The translations under genes were made by a program, and so were the position numbers. DNA of 64,000 nt, from positions 13,300,281 through 13,364,280 of the forward strand of contig JASCQW010000130.1 of NCBI GenBank assembly GCA_030264375.1, given 5' to 3'. The notes beneath the pieces are model-generated. The model was given only the letters and a program-made list of their open reading frames with translations, did no database searches and was not told the DNA's origin. The DNA comes from Carcharhinus longimanus. Lineage: Eukaryota. This document shows, piece after piece, positions 37,908 through 50,892 of this stretch; positions within the stretch are counted from its first letter, which is position 1; the number at the start of each line of letters is the position of its first letter.

Positions 37908-40602
37908 CATGGTGTCCTGTCTCTTTAAAGGACAAACTCTCAAGACAGGGTGGATAGTCAGAGGCTTTTTCCCAGGGTGGAAGTGTCAATTACAAGGGGA
38001 CACAGACCCAAGGTGTGAGGGAAAATGTTTAAGGAAGATGTGCGGGGAAAGTTTTTAACACAGAGGGTGGTAGGTGCCAGAGGAGGTGGTGGAAGCAGGC
38101 ACATTAGCAAGATTTAAGGGGCATCTGGATGGGTACATGAATAGGGAGGGAATAGAGGGGATACAGACCGAGTCAGGGCGGAAGGTATTCTTTTAGTTTA
38201 GTTAGGGCATCATGATTGGCACAGGCTTGGAGGGCCAAAAGGTAACTGCGCTGTGCTTTTCTTTGTTCTCTCAGAGGGTCATGTGATGCACTCGACCAAT
38301 CGGGTCAGTGCACTTGAATCCTGGAGGTGAGCGCAGGTTTTTCTTGCCAATTAGGAGCGTGCAGTCATGGAGCCTGATAGCCTTTATATCACTTTCTGTA
38401 AATAGTTACTTTATAAACTGTTCATTCATTAATCTACTTGTTGGTCACCCATCATTTCCAGATACTACATTTAGCGACAGGGATCAATCAGAGTGCCTTT
38501 CTACTGCACAGAACTCAGGAGAGCAGACCTTATATGGAAAGCTTTTTCAAGCAAACATATGCAGCAGTATGTGAGTGTCAAAATGCCCTTTTTTGGGAAA
38601 CTAGGCCCATTTGACCCTAACATGGAACAGTGGGTGCAGTATGTCGAACACCTACACTATATTTTTGAAGCCAATGAAATTGGGGTTGGGGGACAGAAGT
38701 GATGGGTAATCCCATTAACAGTCTGACTTCTCCAGTTGCCCCCAAATCGAAAATATTCGAGGAGCTTATGGAATTAGTCAAGGATCATTATCACCTGAAG
38801 TTCTCGGTGATAATGCAGCGATACAGATTTAATTCGAACAGGTCTGCACTCAATGACACGTTGAGAGACAGGCTAGTTTGTAGCGTTAACAACACAACCA
38901 TATAAAATAAATATTAGCAGAGGTCATCCGAGCTATAGAGTATGACCTCTGAACATCAGTAAGAAGCCTTTAAACAGGTTAAACTAGCTTTGTTGTCATC
39001 CAGTTTCTTCATTAATTTTGACCCCTCAAAAGAAATCATTCTTCCTTGCAACGTGTTTTTATTGCATAAGATGGAAGGTAGTACAGAAAGGCCTAATCAC
39101 CTACATCTCGAAGAACTGGCCGATGTAGAAAAAGCTTATTCCCAAATTGAGAAAGAGGGATTAGGTGTCATCTTCAGAGTGAAGGAGTCCCATCAGTAAG
39201 TTTATACCCAGCATTTCACAGTTGTCACAGTGGTTATTGGGCCTAGTTAAGTGGGAGGGGAGGGGAAAGGCCATTCCTCATGTACTTTTAGGAGGGGTTC
39301 AATCAATGTTACTCATGTCAAATACAGCAAAAATTGATGTCTGTAGCCCTATTGCACTGTTGGAAGTGGTCAGGTCGACCAAAACACTTCAGTTTTGCGG
39401 GCTCATTCATGGGCACCATGTTCCTGCTCACAATAGATGTGCGTATCAAGTGGTTGGACATAAACAAAATGAAATCCACAACCTCATCAACAGTGGTTGA
39501 GAAATAACGACAAGCATTCTCCACTCATGTGTTGCTGAGATGTTAGTATCTGATAAAGGGACTGCTTTCTCCATGAAGAGTTCCAACATTTCATAAGAAC
39601 CAACAGCATTCACTGCATTCGTACTGCTCCCTAACACACTGCTTCAAATGGATTAGCTGAGACAGACATCTAAACACTCTACAAACCAAACTGATCCATT
39701 TCCTGATTGTCTCTGGAGAAACACCTCATGTATTACACCTTCTGACTTTCTAATGGGCAGACATATTGGAACAAGGTTGGATCTTATTTTTCCAAATTTG
39801 AAGGGGAGGTTGATGGCAAAATAGTATTGAAGAAGCATCTCGAATTGATAAAAACAGAAAGGGTCTTTGAGATGGATGCCTTGATAAATGTAAAGAATTA
39901 TGGTGCTGGTCCAAATTGGAACCCTGGAACTGTTGTGTCCTGAACAGACCCAGCATCATATGAAACTCTTATCCAAGGGAAAAGGATAAAAAGAAAACAC
40001 CAGGACCATCTGAGAAGGAGAGAATCGCACACAGGACTAGTGGGACAGCCTGTCTCCAGTATGTCTGTCAATTAAATTGCTCCTGATGAAAGTAATACAT
40101 CAGCAAGCTACCCTGAGGAACAGCCAAGTAATGTTCCCGTGGGAACTGGAGAGGGTATCTGCACGGCTGCACTTTCACAAGCCTAGAATCCACTCACTGA
40201 GGTTCAAACCAAAGTTACCTCTACCACCAGAGCACCTGCCAGTGAATTACGATGCTCCCAAAGGATCAGGAAGTCCCTGGACTCACTTTCCTGTGTTTCA
40301 GTTTCACTTGTTGAATAATATTGTAAATAGTTCAATTGTTATTGAATGTGTTAATTGGGAACTTAAAGAGAGAGGGTTATGGTAGTTATCCCTTTAAGGG
40401 GCAAGCTTCTGGAGGGTCATTTGGGCACTTGGGATGAAGCACGCAAATCCTAGAGCTAAGCATGGGTTTCCCTTGCCAGCTCGGAGTTTGGAGCCATGGA
40501 ATACGGTAATGTTTATATCACTCTCTGTACACAGTTACTCAACTTAATAAGCAGTTCATTTGTTAACCTACTTGATAGTCACTGTCTTTGCAAGATACTA
40601 CA
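37908..40602 (+). mobile_element. Internally deleted Gypsy LTR retrotransposon
   Basis: LTRs at ~37908-38469 (CR1 insert 37945-38268) and ~40378-40602 both end gatactaCA. PBS-like tttagcgacagg at 38470; PPT aaagagagaggg; gag MPFFGKLGPFDPNMEQWVQYVE; RNase H AYSQIEKEGLGVIF; integrase relics. Confidence 0.9.
37945..38268 (+). mobile_element. CR1 3' fragment inserted in the Gypsy 5' LTR
   Basis: Same subfamily as 6476-7030 (tttaaggggcatctggatgggtacatgaataggga). Confidence 0.85.
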
Positions 40603-42093
40603 TGTGACTTAGAGTTTAACCGGTGATTAATAGGGAGATTGTGATACAGCTTCTCCTGCAGGGTAGTAGTGCTGTTGAGTAACCCTGTTGTCATGGTTAG
40701 GACATTTGTTATATATTAAACATGCAAAGTAGGGCATCAGCAACTTTGCATGGAGCTCAGTTGAGATTGCCCCGAAATCATCACTTACTCCGATATAGAG
40801 GTCATGAAGTTCCAGTTACTTGCAAAATGCTGAATGCATTTAGATGGAGCTACAGTAGCATGAAACTTGCACTTAGATAATGCTGTTAATATCCCCCGGT
40901 GGGGATAAATGGTGAGCCTGGGAGAGAAGCGATTGAAGGCTAGACCATAAAGGTGGGTTTTGAGAATGCTTCCAAAGTGTAGATATGGGGCAGGATTTTA
41001 CGACTTTGTCACACCTGTTTTGCGGCAGGAAAAAGTCGTAACATTGGTTGTGCTGCAAATAGCAGGAATGACTCCCGTTTTCATACCCATTCCCAAAAAC
41101 TTGGCACAATTGGGACCGCGTCCAAAACGTCTCGGGGGGTCTATGGGGCGGGCGGGGAAAGGTGTGTGGCTGGCGGGGGTNNNNNNNNNNNNNNNNNNNN
41201 NNNNNNNNNNNNNNNNNNNNNNNNNNNNNNNNNNNNNNNNNNNNNNNNNNNNNNNNNNNNNNNNNNNNNNNNNNNNNNNNNNNNNNNNNNNNNNNNNNNN
41301 NNNNNNNNNNNNNNNNNNNNNNNNNNNNNNNNNNNNNNNNNNNNNNNNNNNNNNNNNNNNNNNNNNNNNNNNNNNNNNNNNNNNNNNNNNNNNNNNNNNN
41401 NNNNNNNNNNNNNNNNNNNNNNNNNNNNNNNNNNNNNNNNNNNNNNNNNNNNNNNNNNNNNNNNNNNNNNNNNNNNNNNNNNNNNNNNNNNNNNNNNNNN
41501 NNNNNNNNNNNNNNNNNNNNNNNNNNNNNNNNNNNNNNNNNNNNNNNNNNNNNNNNNNNNNNNNNNNNNNNNNNNNNNNNNNNNNNNNNNNNNNNNNNNN
41601 NNNNNNNNNNNNNNNNNNNNNNNNNNNNNNNNNNNNNNNNNNNNNNNNNNNNNNNNNNNNNNNNNNNNNNNNNNNNNNNNNNNNNNNNNNNNNNNNNNNN
41701 NNNNNNNNNNNNNNNNNNNNNNNNNNNNNNNNNNNNNNNNNNNNNNNNNNNNNNNNNNNNNNNNNNNNNNNNNNNNNNNNNNNNNNNNNNNNNNNNNNNN
41801 NNNNNNNNNNNNNNNNNNNNNNNNNNNNNNNNNNNNNNNNNNNNNNNNNNNNNNNNNNNNNNNNNNNNNNNNNNNNNNNNNNNNNNNNNNNNNNNNNNNN
41901 NNNNNNNNNNNNNNNNNNNNNNNNNNNNNNNNNNNNNNNNNNNNNNNNNNNNNNNNNNNNNNNNNNNNNNNNNNNNNNNNNNNNNNNNNNNNNNNNNNNN
42001 NNNNNNNNNNNNNNNNNNNNNNNNNNNNNNNNNNNNNNNNNNNNNNNNNNNNNNNNNNNNNNNNNNNNNNNNNNNNNNNNNNNNNNNNNNNNN

Positions 42094-42345
42094 TGTGTGT
42101 TTCTGGGGGGTGTGTGGGGGGGTATGGAGAGTGTGTGTTTCTGGGGGGTGTGTGGGGGGTATGGGGAGTGTGTGTTTCTGGGGGGTGTGTGGTGGGTATG
42201 GAGAGTGTGTGTTTCTGGGGGGTGTGTGGGGGGTATGGGGAATGTGTGTTGCTGGGGGGTGTGTGGGGGGTATGGGGAATGTGTGTTTCTGGGGGGTGTG
42301 TGGGGGAGTATGGGGAGTGTGTGTTGCTGAACATCTATGGGGGGT
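42094..42345 (+). repeat. ~40-bp G-rich minisatellite
   Basis: About six copies of gtgtgtgtttctggggggtgtgtgggggtatggggag, adjoining the 41181-42093 gap. Confidence 0.9.
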
Positions 42346-42707
42346 TGTGAGTCTGGGGGCTGTGGCGGGAGGGTGGGTTACGGGAATTGTGAGTTTCTGG
42401 GCTGTGGTGAGCAGAGTTCTTTAACATCTCCATCTGTTTTTGCCGTTCCTCAAAGCCACCCTCTCTGCAGATTGACGAAATGGCTTTTGCCATGAGACCA
42501 ATTGATCTTGCAGTTCTTTTGGTTGTTGCTGGAGCTGAGGAGGAGGAGCGGCAGGAAGAATTGCGGGCAGAGATGGCCCAGGCCTTCCCAGTCCAGGAGG
42601 AGAGGGAGACAGCCGGCAGAGGCTGTCATTTGCCCCAAGGGGGCGGGCAGGAGAAGGAGGGAGTGGGGACCCTGGCAGGTCTGCACATGGGTATCCTTTG
42701 AGCAACT

Positions 42708-43060
42708 ATATTGTAGGACCCTGCCAGAGCAGTCAAGGCACCTGAGCCACATTTTGAGGAGGCCTTGCAATCTGGGCTCCTCCTCAAAGACCTCCAGGAT
42801 ATCTGGACTCCTCCATATAAAACTGTCATGCACGCTGCCGGGGTATCTGGCACAGAGGTGCAGGATATTCAGCTGATGGTCACACACCAACTGCACATGT
42901 ATTGAAAGGAAGCCCTTTCTGTTGATGAATATTTTCACTGGGATCCTGATGGCGATGTGGCTGCAGTCTATAGTGCCCTGCACCTTTGGCATCCCCATAA
43001 TGGCTGCGAATCCTGCAGTCCACGCTTCCTGCTGGGCCTGGCCCAAGTCCAATTGGGGGG
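42708..43060 (-). pseudogene. Harbinger DDE transposase fragment (HARBI1-like)
   Basis: GFAAIMGMPKVQGTIDCSHIAI..FINRKGFLSIHVQLVCDHQLNILHLCARYPGSVHDSFI contains the GxIDCxH, NRKG and PGSxHD motifs. Confidence 0.95.
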
Positions 43061-43584
43061 CGGGGAGAAGGGGTCCGCTGCCACTCTGCCTGAGATCAAT
43101 GAGGGAAGGGGGTTCTGCTGCCACTTTACCTGAGATCACTGAGGAGGGAAGGGGGATCCCCTGCCACTCTGCCTGTGATCGCTGAGGGGGAAGGGTGGGT
43201 CTGCTGCCACACTGCCTGAGATCAGTATGGGTGGCGGAGGGGGGATAAAGGCGTCAGTAATGTTGTAAGGGTGGGGAAATGTCAGTGGGGGTCAGGGGGA
43301 AGCATTAGCCGGCCTGGGAGCAATGTGGCAGGGGAGCTGCATTCTATCACTTTTTTTCTGCGCATGCGCAGTCGGAGGCACCAATCGGAGCTGCAGGATT
43401 TTGGGCGCGTTAAGCCTCGTCCACACGCTTGTGCAGCACAATTCGGAATTGCTGATATTTGTTCAAGCAAAGTGCATATGGGGGTGCCTGAGAATGGGTC
43501 TAAAAGTCGGATCTGAAACAGTTTCAAGTCCGCCCAGCACTTAGAATCAAAATGGTAAAATAGGGCCCAATGTCTCATTCAGAA

Positions 43585-44133
43585 GAAACTTCTACTGTAT
43601 TCTGACTAATCAGACATTGATTTAAATCTCACATTGTCTTTTGTCAATATCTATAGCTTTTTCTTCCTCACCTGTTCAGCTCCCCGGTGAGATTGCAAAG
43701 ATATACCTTGTCACCTTCACCATTGTTCTGCTGGTGTTCCTTAATGCCTTCACCAGGAACTACGGCCACCTTTGGCTGCAGATGTGTTAAACCCTGTCCA
43801 TTGAATAGATCCATCCTCCCCAACCAGATTTTTGGGCTGAGATACAACATAAAACATTACAGGCAGCCAGCACCTCTCTCTAATAGCTGCTGCTGCATGA
43901 AATCCCACCTTCTGGTCATGGAGAACTCCCAGCTTGTCACATGGTATGTGCCTCAATATTCTGCCATTGAACCTTCCTCACATTATTGAGTAAGTCCTGC
44001 TCATTTGGTAACCACCAGAACCTCGGCCAACAGTCCTGATGGTACAGAGCTGGGATCACGTTACTAGCTCCATTGTTAAGTGGATGAAGACACAGGACAG
44101 GGTGATATAGAGATGTGAAATTGGACTGAGGTG
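43585..44133 (-). mobile_element. Degraded non-LTR (CR1/L2-group) ORF2 fragment
   Basis: Resembles the LINE family represented at 49140-50310; no clean motif was translated. Confidence 0.45.
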
Positions 44134-44228
44134 GGCACATTAAGAAGTCTCACAACTCCAGGTTAAAGTCCAACAGCTTTATTTGGAATCACTAGAGCTT
44201 TTGGAGCATTGCTCCTTCATCAGGTGAA
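44134..44228 (-). mobile_element. Penelope pLTR fragment with mutated hammerhead
   Basis: Reverse complement cacctgatgaaggagcaatgctccaaaagc..ttccaaataaagctgttggactttaacctgg is the same family as 63870-63993, with GAAA changed to AAAA. Confidence 0.85.
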
Positions 44229-44589
44229 CACGTGCTGTACGTCCCTGTGTGTTCTGGCGCTGGACATGTTAATGGGCTGACTTTTCAGTTGAGGATATTT
44301 CAATTTACAGAGCATGTGCAAGTCACAAATAGAATGTGGAATGTGGACAGGTCGAACTAAACAGCCAAGTTCCGTCTCAACTTACTTGATGAATGCTTAC
44401 TGGCAACTGGGAAGAGAGTTTTAGAGGCAGTATAGCCGCCTGTTGTTCTACATTTATCAGTAGAACTGGTGAGGCTGCATCTTCCAACTGTAGCTTACAA
44501 AGAAAAACATAATAAATGGTACCGAAAATCTGGAAACAATAAATACAGGGGCAGGAAAAGGAGTCAGTTAATTATCTATGCTGCCTTGG

Positions 44590-45885
44590 TTTCCACTGTG
44601 GCTTAGTGGTAGCACCTTCACTCTGAGTCAAAATGTTATGGGTTTGAGTCCCTTCACCTGAGCATAAATATCTAGGTTGACACTCCAGTCTAACATTGAG
44701 AGAGCGTTGCACTGTCAAAGGTGATACCTTTGAGATGCTAAACTCTGCTTGCCCTCTCAGGTGGACATAATAGATCCCATGGCACTCTTTGAAGGAGAGC
44801 AAAGGAGTTAGGCCTCGCCAGTGTTTAGGCCTGGAACAACATTGCAAACACAGATGCAAACACAAAATACCACAGATGCTGGAAAACTGAAATAAAAACA
44901 AAACTTGCTGGAGATACGTAGCAGTATCTATGGAGAGAAAAATAGGATTAGCGTTTCAGGTCAGTAATCGTTCATTAGGTGTTGGAAAAGTTAGAAACAC
45001 AATAGGTCTAAGCATGTGAAAAAGAGGGCTTTGAGTGGGCAAAGGAGCAAAGGGAAAATCAGTGGTAGGATGGATCGAAATTCTCTTGTCTTGCCCATTG
45101 TGGGAATCATAGGAACAGAGGAATTAGGAGCAGAAGTGGGCAAATTCAGCTCTTGGAGCCTATTCTGCCATACAATCAGTTCATGGCTGATCTCTCCCTG
45201 GTCTCATTGTTCCCCATATCCCCTTAACCTATTTTATCAGAAATATAGCTATCTCCCTCTTGAAACCATTCAATGATTCAGACTTCTCGCCCTATGGAGC
45301 AGCGAGTTCCACAAATTCACTAGCCTCTGTAGGAAGTAATTCCTCCTTATCGCAGTGTTAAATCCACAGCCTCTCAATCTATACCTCTTGTTCTAGAATC
45401 TTGGTGGGTGAGACTGAAATCAGCAGACCATTTAAAGTCCGTTACGCTTGGGCAGGAATTTCCTGTCTTGGGATGCACACAGCTGGAGAATCCCACCCAT
45501 GAAGTGATTCACTGTGCTGGCAGCTCACAGTGTGGCCCTTGCCTGCTTCTGGTTGCCTGCCATTTTCATTCTCCACCTCTCTGTCCTGCTGAACCTATTG
45601 TCCTCAGCTCCCTGCAGCATTTCACTGAGACTCAACATAAACCCAAGGTTCAACATCTCATCTTGTTATGATTTTTCACACCACAGATGCTGCCTGACCT
45701 CCTGCATGTTTCCATCATTTTCCGTTTTTATCACAAAATTAGATTATGTGCTCATTACACATCGGTATTAGTGGGAGTTTGCTGTGTGCAATTTGGCTGA
45801 TGTGTTTCCTACGCTACAATAGTAACTACACTTCCAATGTAATCCCTTGGCCGTAAAGCACTTTGGGATGTCCTGAGGTGCAATC
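44590..45885 (+). mobile_element. DeuSINE/SacSINE-like SINE split by nested insertions
   Basis: Head gtggtagcaccttcactctgagtca..agatcccatggcact at 44590-44810; Deu-like gtgggagtttgctgtgtgcaatttggctg and gtaaagcactttgggatgtcctgagg at 45740-45885; Penelope, MITE and CR1 pieces lie between. Confidence 0.7.
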
Positions 45886-46449
45886 TAAGCTTGCGTCTGT
45901 CTGTCTGTTTTGACCCAATTGGTAGGACAAGGTTGTGGTTTCAAGCTATGGTGCAAGGTTTGAGAATGTAATCTGGATTGACAAAGCAGTGAATTCTGAG
46001 AGTGTGTCAGAGATGCTATCCTTCAAATGAAACCCTGCAGCTAGATTAACACTTTTCAAGGGATAACAGGGAGGTGTCCTTAAAACGTGTACATTTCGTC
46101 CAACACCATGAAAAACAAATGACCTCATGAGTCGTGGGATCATCCTATGTACAACATCATTGCTACATTTGCTGACATTGCTGCCACGTCTGTTTAGAAA
46201 TCAGTTCATCCAATGGAGCGTGTAAAGATATATCTGCAAGCTTTATTGGGTACTTCATCAAGTTAAGCTGCCTTAGTAACCGTCCAATGTTAAAAAAAAA
46301 TGTATAATTTTGAGACAGGTATTATTAGTTAGGAATGCATTTACAAAAGAGCAATGTGTTAATTATTTTAACTTATAAATAAAAGTAATCTGTTTCTTTA
46401 TGAGGTAAAAGTCTTCAGATTTGTTTTTCAGAACTAATTTTCCAGTTCT

Positions 46450-46812
46450 TATTTTTTTTTAATTCATCTGTGGGACATGGGCATCGTGGCTAGGCCAGAA
46501 TTTATTGTCCATCCCGATTTGCCCTTGGAGGGCAGTTGAGAGTCAACCACATTGCTATGGTCTGGAGTCACATGCATAAGCCAGACCAGGTAAGGATGGC
46601 AGATTTCCTTCCCTAAAGGATATTAATGAATCAGATGGGTTTTTTCCGACAATCGACAATGGTTTCATAGTCGCCTGTAGATTCTTAAATCCAGATTTTT
46701 TTTATTGAATTTGAATTCCAACATCTGCCATGGTGGGAATTGAACCCAGGTGCCCAGAACATTAGCCGAGTTTCCGGATTAATAATCTGGTGCCACTAGG
46801 TCATCAGCTCCC
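46450..46812 (-). mobile_element. Family A tRNA SINE, near full length
   Basis: T-rich tail, ccagaccaggtaaggatggcagatttccttccct core, ggtgggaattgaacccagg B box in reverse. Confidence 0.9.
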
Positions 46813-47509
46813 CAGTTCTAGCTCTTTTTCAAAGACAACTATTCTTCCTTGGCTCCTCACTGACCAGCACATTATATTGAAAGTCTAACTTGGTCACTTA
46901 CAGCATAAGGGTGTCCCAATTAGGTCAAACTTCTCTGACCTCCCCTGCGGCTGGGATTCTCCAGTCCCACTACAGTGAATGGAGATTTGACTGAGTGTCA
47001 AATTCTCTGTTCTTACTGGCAGAGAATTCTGTCCTTAATCTTATTGATTCAGCAATATAACTCAGTATTCTGTTTATTACCTGCTGCACTGCAATGACTG
47101 CATTGTTGGCTAATTTGACATTGTTCACCAAGTAAATATATGACTGCCATTTTTCTCCCATTTTGTAAGTCTTCGCTACATTGAGTTTCATCTGCTGTAC
47201 TTTGCTTATTTTCATAAGTTAGCCACATCTGCAGGGAATTCTTTAACTAACTAATAAGACTTTACTTTTCCCCGCCCATTCAGAGTTTGGCCTTTCCAGA
47301 GTACCCAACACATATGGACATTTGGCACAATGTCAGTGTCTTATAGACAGGTTCAAATCCCCTGTTTAATATGAAGAATTTAATTTTTATGAAACAAAAT
47401 CTGACTTCTTTCTCTCTCTGTAATAACGCACTTAGTGTTATTGGGGAGAAAGCACTTAAAATGTGAAGACAAAAATGAATCCTCAAAAAACATCAACTAG
47501 ACAATAGAT

Positions 47510-47652
47510 TTAAAGTAAAAGTAAAGTTTATTTATTAGTCACAAGTAAAGCTTACATTAAGATTGTAATTAAGTTACTGTGAAATTCCCCTATTCACCAC
47601 AGACTGGCACCTGTTTGGGTCAATGCGCCTAACCAGCACGTCTTTCAGACTT
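47510..47652 (-). mobile_element. V-SINE/HE1-like SINE 3' fragment
   Basis: aaagtttatttattagtcacaagt tail. Confidence 0.85.
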
Positions 47653-48324
47653 TCAACTTCCCTTCAACTGAATTGGTTCAGGTTTTTAAGACCTTTTGTA
47701 ATTGAGTCCATTTCCTAGAAGAGTGGTAATTGCACAAATGACAGAATTTGAGATTTCTGCTGTGTGAAACTTAATTTTATGAGGATCTCCTAGATTTGGA
47801 GGTTTCAGGGGAAAGGGCAGAGGGAGAGAGGGAATGGCCAAGCAAGATTTTATAACACCAAAAAAAATTGTTTCTGTGGTGAAATAAGTCCTCAGAGAAG
47901 TAAGTCCCTTCACCAGATTTCCTTTATTTACAAGATCCAACAGCACTATAGAGTGCGCTCAGTATGCAGTCTACATCCCTAGTGGCAGAGGGACTGACAC
48001 TCCTGTACAGAGCATGGGGCTCCCTGATTAAATCATTAATTTGGCCCTTAATCAGAGAGTTCATATTCAAGCAGGTCGACCTCAATTAAAATCATTACAA
48101 GTAAGAAATATACATGTTGAATGACATTCAAACACAGACTTGTAATTGCAAGTTCTCAACAAAAATCTAATCAGTGGATTGACACAATCAAATCTAAATT
48201 AGAAAGTGAAGACCAGACACCGTAGGTGGAGAAGTGCAGCCACAGTTCCGGCCAAGTCTCACTCAGGAAACATTCAGGAAAAATATTTTGCCATTGCATG
48301 TAACTGAGATTTCTTCCTTTAAGG

Positions 48325-48660
48325 GGAGGCAGTGGTGTAGTGGTATTGTCGCTCGATTAGTATTGCAGAGGCCAGGTTCTGGGGACCTGGGTTTGAACCC
48401 TACCATGGCAAATGGTGAAATTTGAATTCAATAAAAAATCTGGAATTAAAAGTCTAATGATGACCACGAAGCGATTGTTGCAAAAATCCAATGGTTCACT
48501 AAAGTCCATTAGGGAAGGAAATCTACCATCCTGACCTGGTCTAGCCGACAAGTCAGTTCAGATCCACAGCAATGTGATTGATTCTTAAATGTCTACAAGG
48601 ATAGGCAATAAATGTTGCTCCAGCCAGTAATGCCTACGTCGCATGAATGGATATGAAAAC
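48325..48660 (+). mobile_element. Family A tRNA SINE
   Basis: cagtggtgtagtggtatt head, agggaaggaaatctaccatcct core, ggcaataaatg tail. Confidence 0.85.
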
Positions 48661-49139
48661 AGCTCAGTGAATGCTTTATAACTTGTATCTTGTAACCTTA
48701 TTGACATAGGTCCAGTCAGTCAATCAGTGCTGGGAGAATTATAAGTGGCACTGTAACTGTTCATGTTGAGACATTTTGCACACTTACATTCTACTCCTGT
48801 TGTAGAGCTCACCTCATTAAGCACTTGCAGAATCAAACAATGGTTTCTCACAAGGAGGGCTGGAGTAATTCCTTTGACATTTTGAATTTGGGCAGATTGG
48901 TTACCAGAGAAACAATGTACCATTTAACCTAGACACTCTCACCTGGAGTGTCAAAGCATTCAGACCAGATAAACAAATATTTTTCTGTTTCAGTTTCACA
49001 GGCCTTTTACGTAATAACAGGGCATAAAATGTTGATTGTACTCCCTCCATAATAATTAACTACAAAGTTTCAATTAAGTCAGAGTTCACATCGCTGTCTG
49101 ATAATTGTAAAATGTTTAAACAAGGAAGTATTTTTCATA

Positions 49140-50310
49140 ATGGGATACATTCCAATATTTAAGCGTTTCCACAAACAAGCCCATCCTCAATGGTGACAGA
49201 GCCCAGCACATCAGTGAAAAAGACAAGGCTGAAGCACTTTTGCAACCATCTTCAGCCAGAAGCATCAGGTAGATAATGCATCTCAACTTCCATCAGCAAC
49301 ACGGATACCAGACGGCAGCCAATTTGATTCACTCCACATGATATCAAGGAACAACTCAAAGCACGGGGCAAAGGCTGTAGGCCCTACACTATCCCAGCAA
49401 CAGTATTTAAAATGTCTACTCCAGAACTAACCTTTGTGTTACTGTCTATGCAGAGTTTCCACATTCTCCCCGTGTCTGTGTGGGTTTCATCCGGGTGCCC
49501 CAGTTTCCTCTCATGTTTTGAAAGATTACTGGTTAGGTACATTGACCTGAACAGGCGCTGGAATGTGGTGACCAGGGGGTTTTCACAGTAACTTCATTGC
49601 TGTGTTAATGTAAGCCTTACTTGTGACTAATAAATAAACTTTAAACTTTAACTTTTCCCCTTGACATTCATTGGGATTCCATTGCTGAATCGGTCACCAT
49701 CTTGGGGCCCACCATTCATCAGAAGCCATATAAATACTTTGGCAACAAGAACAGGTGAAAGGCTGGAAATTCAGTGATGAGTAGCTCAATTCCTGCCTCT
49801 CCAAAAGCCCGTATATCACCCAACAAGGCACAAGTCAAGAGTCTGGTGTATATTCTCCACTGTCCAGATGCTTGAATATCCAACAACTTGTCAAGAAGCT
49901 CAACATCTGCGAGGACAAAACAATCTGCTTAATTGGCACAACATTCACAACTTTAATTATGCTTTCCTTCTATGACTGCCTCCCAGTGGCAACACTATAT
50001 TCCACCTAAAAGATGCACTGCAGCAATTTGTCAAACCTTCTCTTATGGCACCTTCTCAACACACAACCTCCACCATCTAGCACAAAGACAATTGACGCAC
50101 TGGAACACCACCATCTGCAAGTTCCTCCTCATGCCAAGCACCATCCTGATTTGGAATTATAATGCTGTTCCTTCATGGCCAATTGGGCCAAAATCCTCCA
50201 ACTCCCTTCCTTACAGCTCTGTGAATGTACCTACACAAAATGGATTGCAGTAGATTGAGAAGGCAGCTTACCACCATCGTCTCAATCTTCTCAAGGACAA
50301 TTGGGGTTTG
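49140..50310 (+). mobile_element. CR1/L2-group LINE relic (probable partner of family A SINEs) with a SINE insert at 49435-49655
   Basis: Degraded RT-region sequence ends gaaggcagcttaccaccatc..ttctcaaggacaattggg, the 3' tail shared with family A SINEs and with 34120-34270. Confidence 0.7.
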
Positions 50311-50809
50311 GGGCAGCATTGGGGGCAGTGGGTGCGGGGGGGGGTCGGGGGTGGTGGTGGGGTGGCACAATTGTGTCCAACAATGTTCTCAGTACATGAA
50401 AGCTATTCACATCAGTAGAACCTCTGTTTGTCTGAGTTGGATTATTGCGATGCTTCTTTTAGGTCACATTGCACTGAGCTGGAACCAGATGATTTAAGCG
50501 TTTGTAAGCAAGTACTATGATGTGGGGGTTCCAAGAATACAAAGGGTGATTCAAGGGTTTAATCAGCTAGAATCATCTGCATTTCCTGTTGCTTGTTTAA
50601 TTAGCCTCACCTTAATCTTGGAACCTACCGTGACAGGCACCATGAATGGACCAAGGTGATCGGTTAATCATCACCCTACAGAGCTCCAAATCTCTCCGCT
50701 TTGCAGGTTGATTTATTGACTCTCGTAGAAGTTTGACTCATTATCGGATATAATATTATAATAATATATAATAATAAGGGAGCATCTCAATGCCAGCTTT
50801 GGGTGTTGG

Positions 50810-50880
50810 TCTGCTGGTGTGGTGGTTAGTATCCAGCGCTCTCCTTGTCCCTGTGCGGGTTGGGTTACTGGTCACCAAGG
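50810..50880 (+). pseudogene. Degenerate tRNA-Glu(CTC)-like sequence
   Basis: tggtgtggtggttagtatccagcgctctc..cgggttgggttactggtca aligns to recalled vertebrate tRNA-Glu TGGTCTAGTGGTTAGGATTCGGCGCTCTC..CGGGTTCGATTCCCGGTCA. Confidence 0.6.
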
Positions 50881-50892
50881 AGTCTTTAGCCA

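Larger units (their letters stand above)
40987..43568. mobile_element. PIF/Harbinger derivative with rearranged transposase
   Basis: Termini gggcaggattttac / gtaaaatagggccc; contains a gap, a minisatellite and transposase pieces. Confidence 0.75.

Noticed and set aside
42094-42345. CRISPR-like array
   Set aside because: The units are contiguous with no unique spacers, and the context is eukaryotic; it is a minisatellite.
40960-42424. Long ORFs of 394-456 aa in the ORF track
   Set aside because: They are mostly N-gap plus minisatellite translation. The same applies to the ORFs spanning the gaps at 14686 and 36958.
42450-43139. Domesticated HARBI1 host gene
   Set aside because: The fragment is internally deleted, fused to repeats and flanked by transposon termini.
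50620-50665. U1 snRNA 5'-like sequence (taccgtgacaggcaccatga..aaggtg)
   Set aside because: The similarity is short and gapped and does not continue into the rest of U1.
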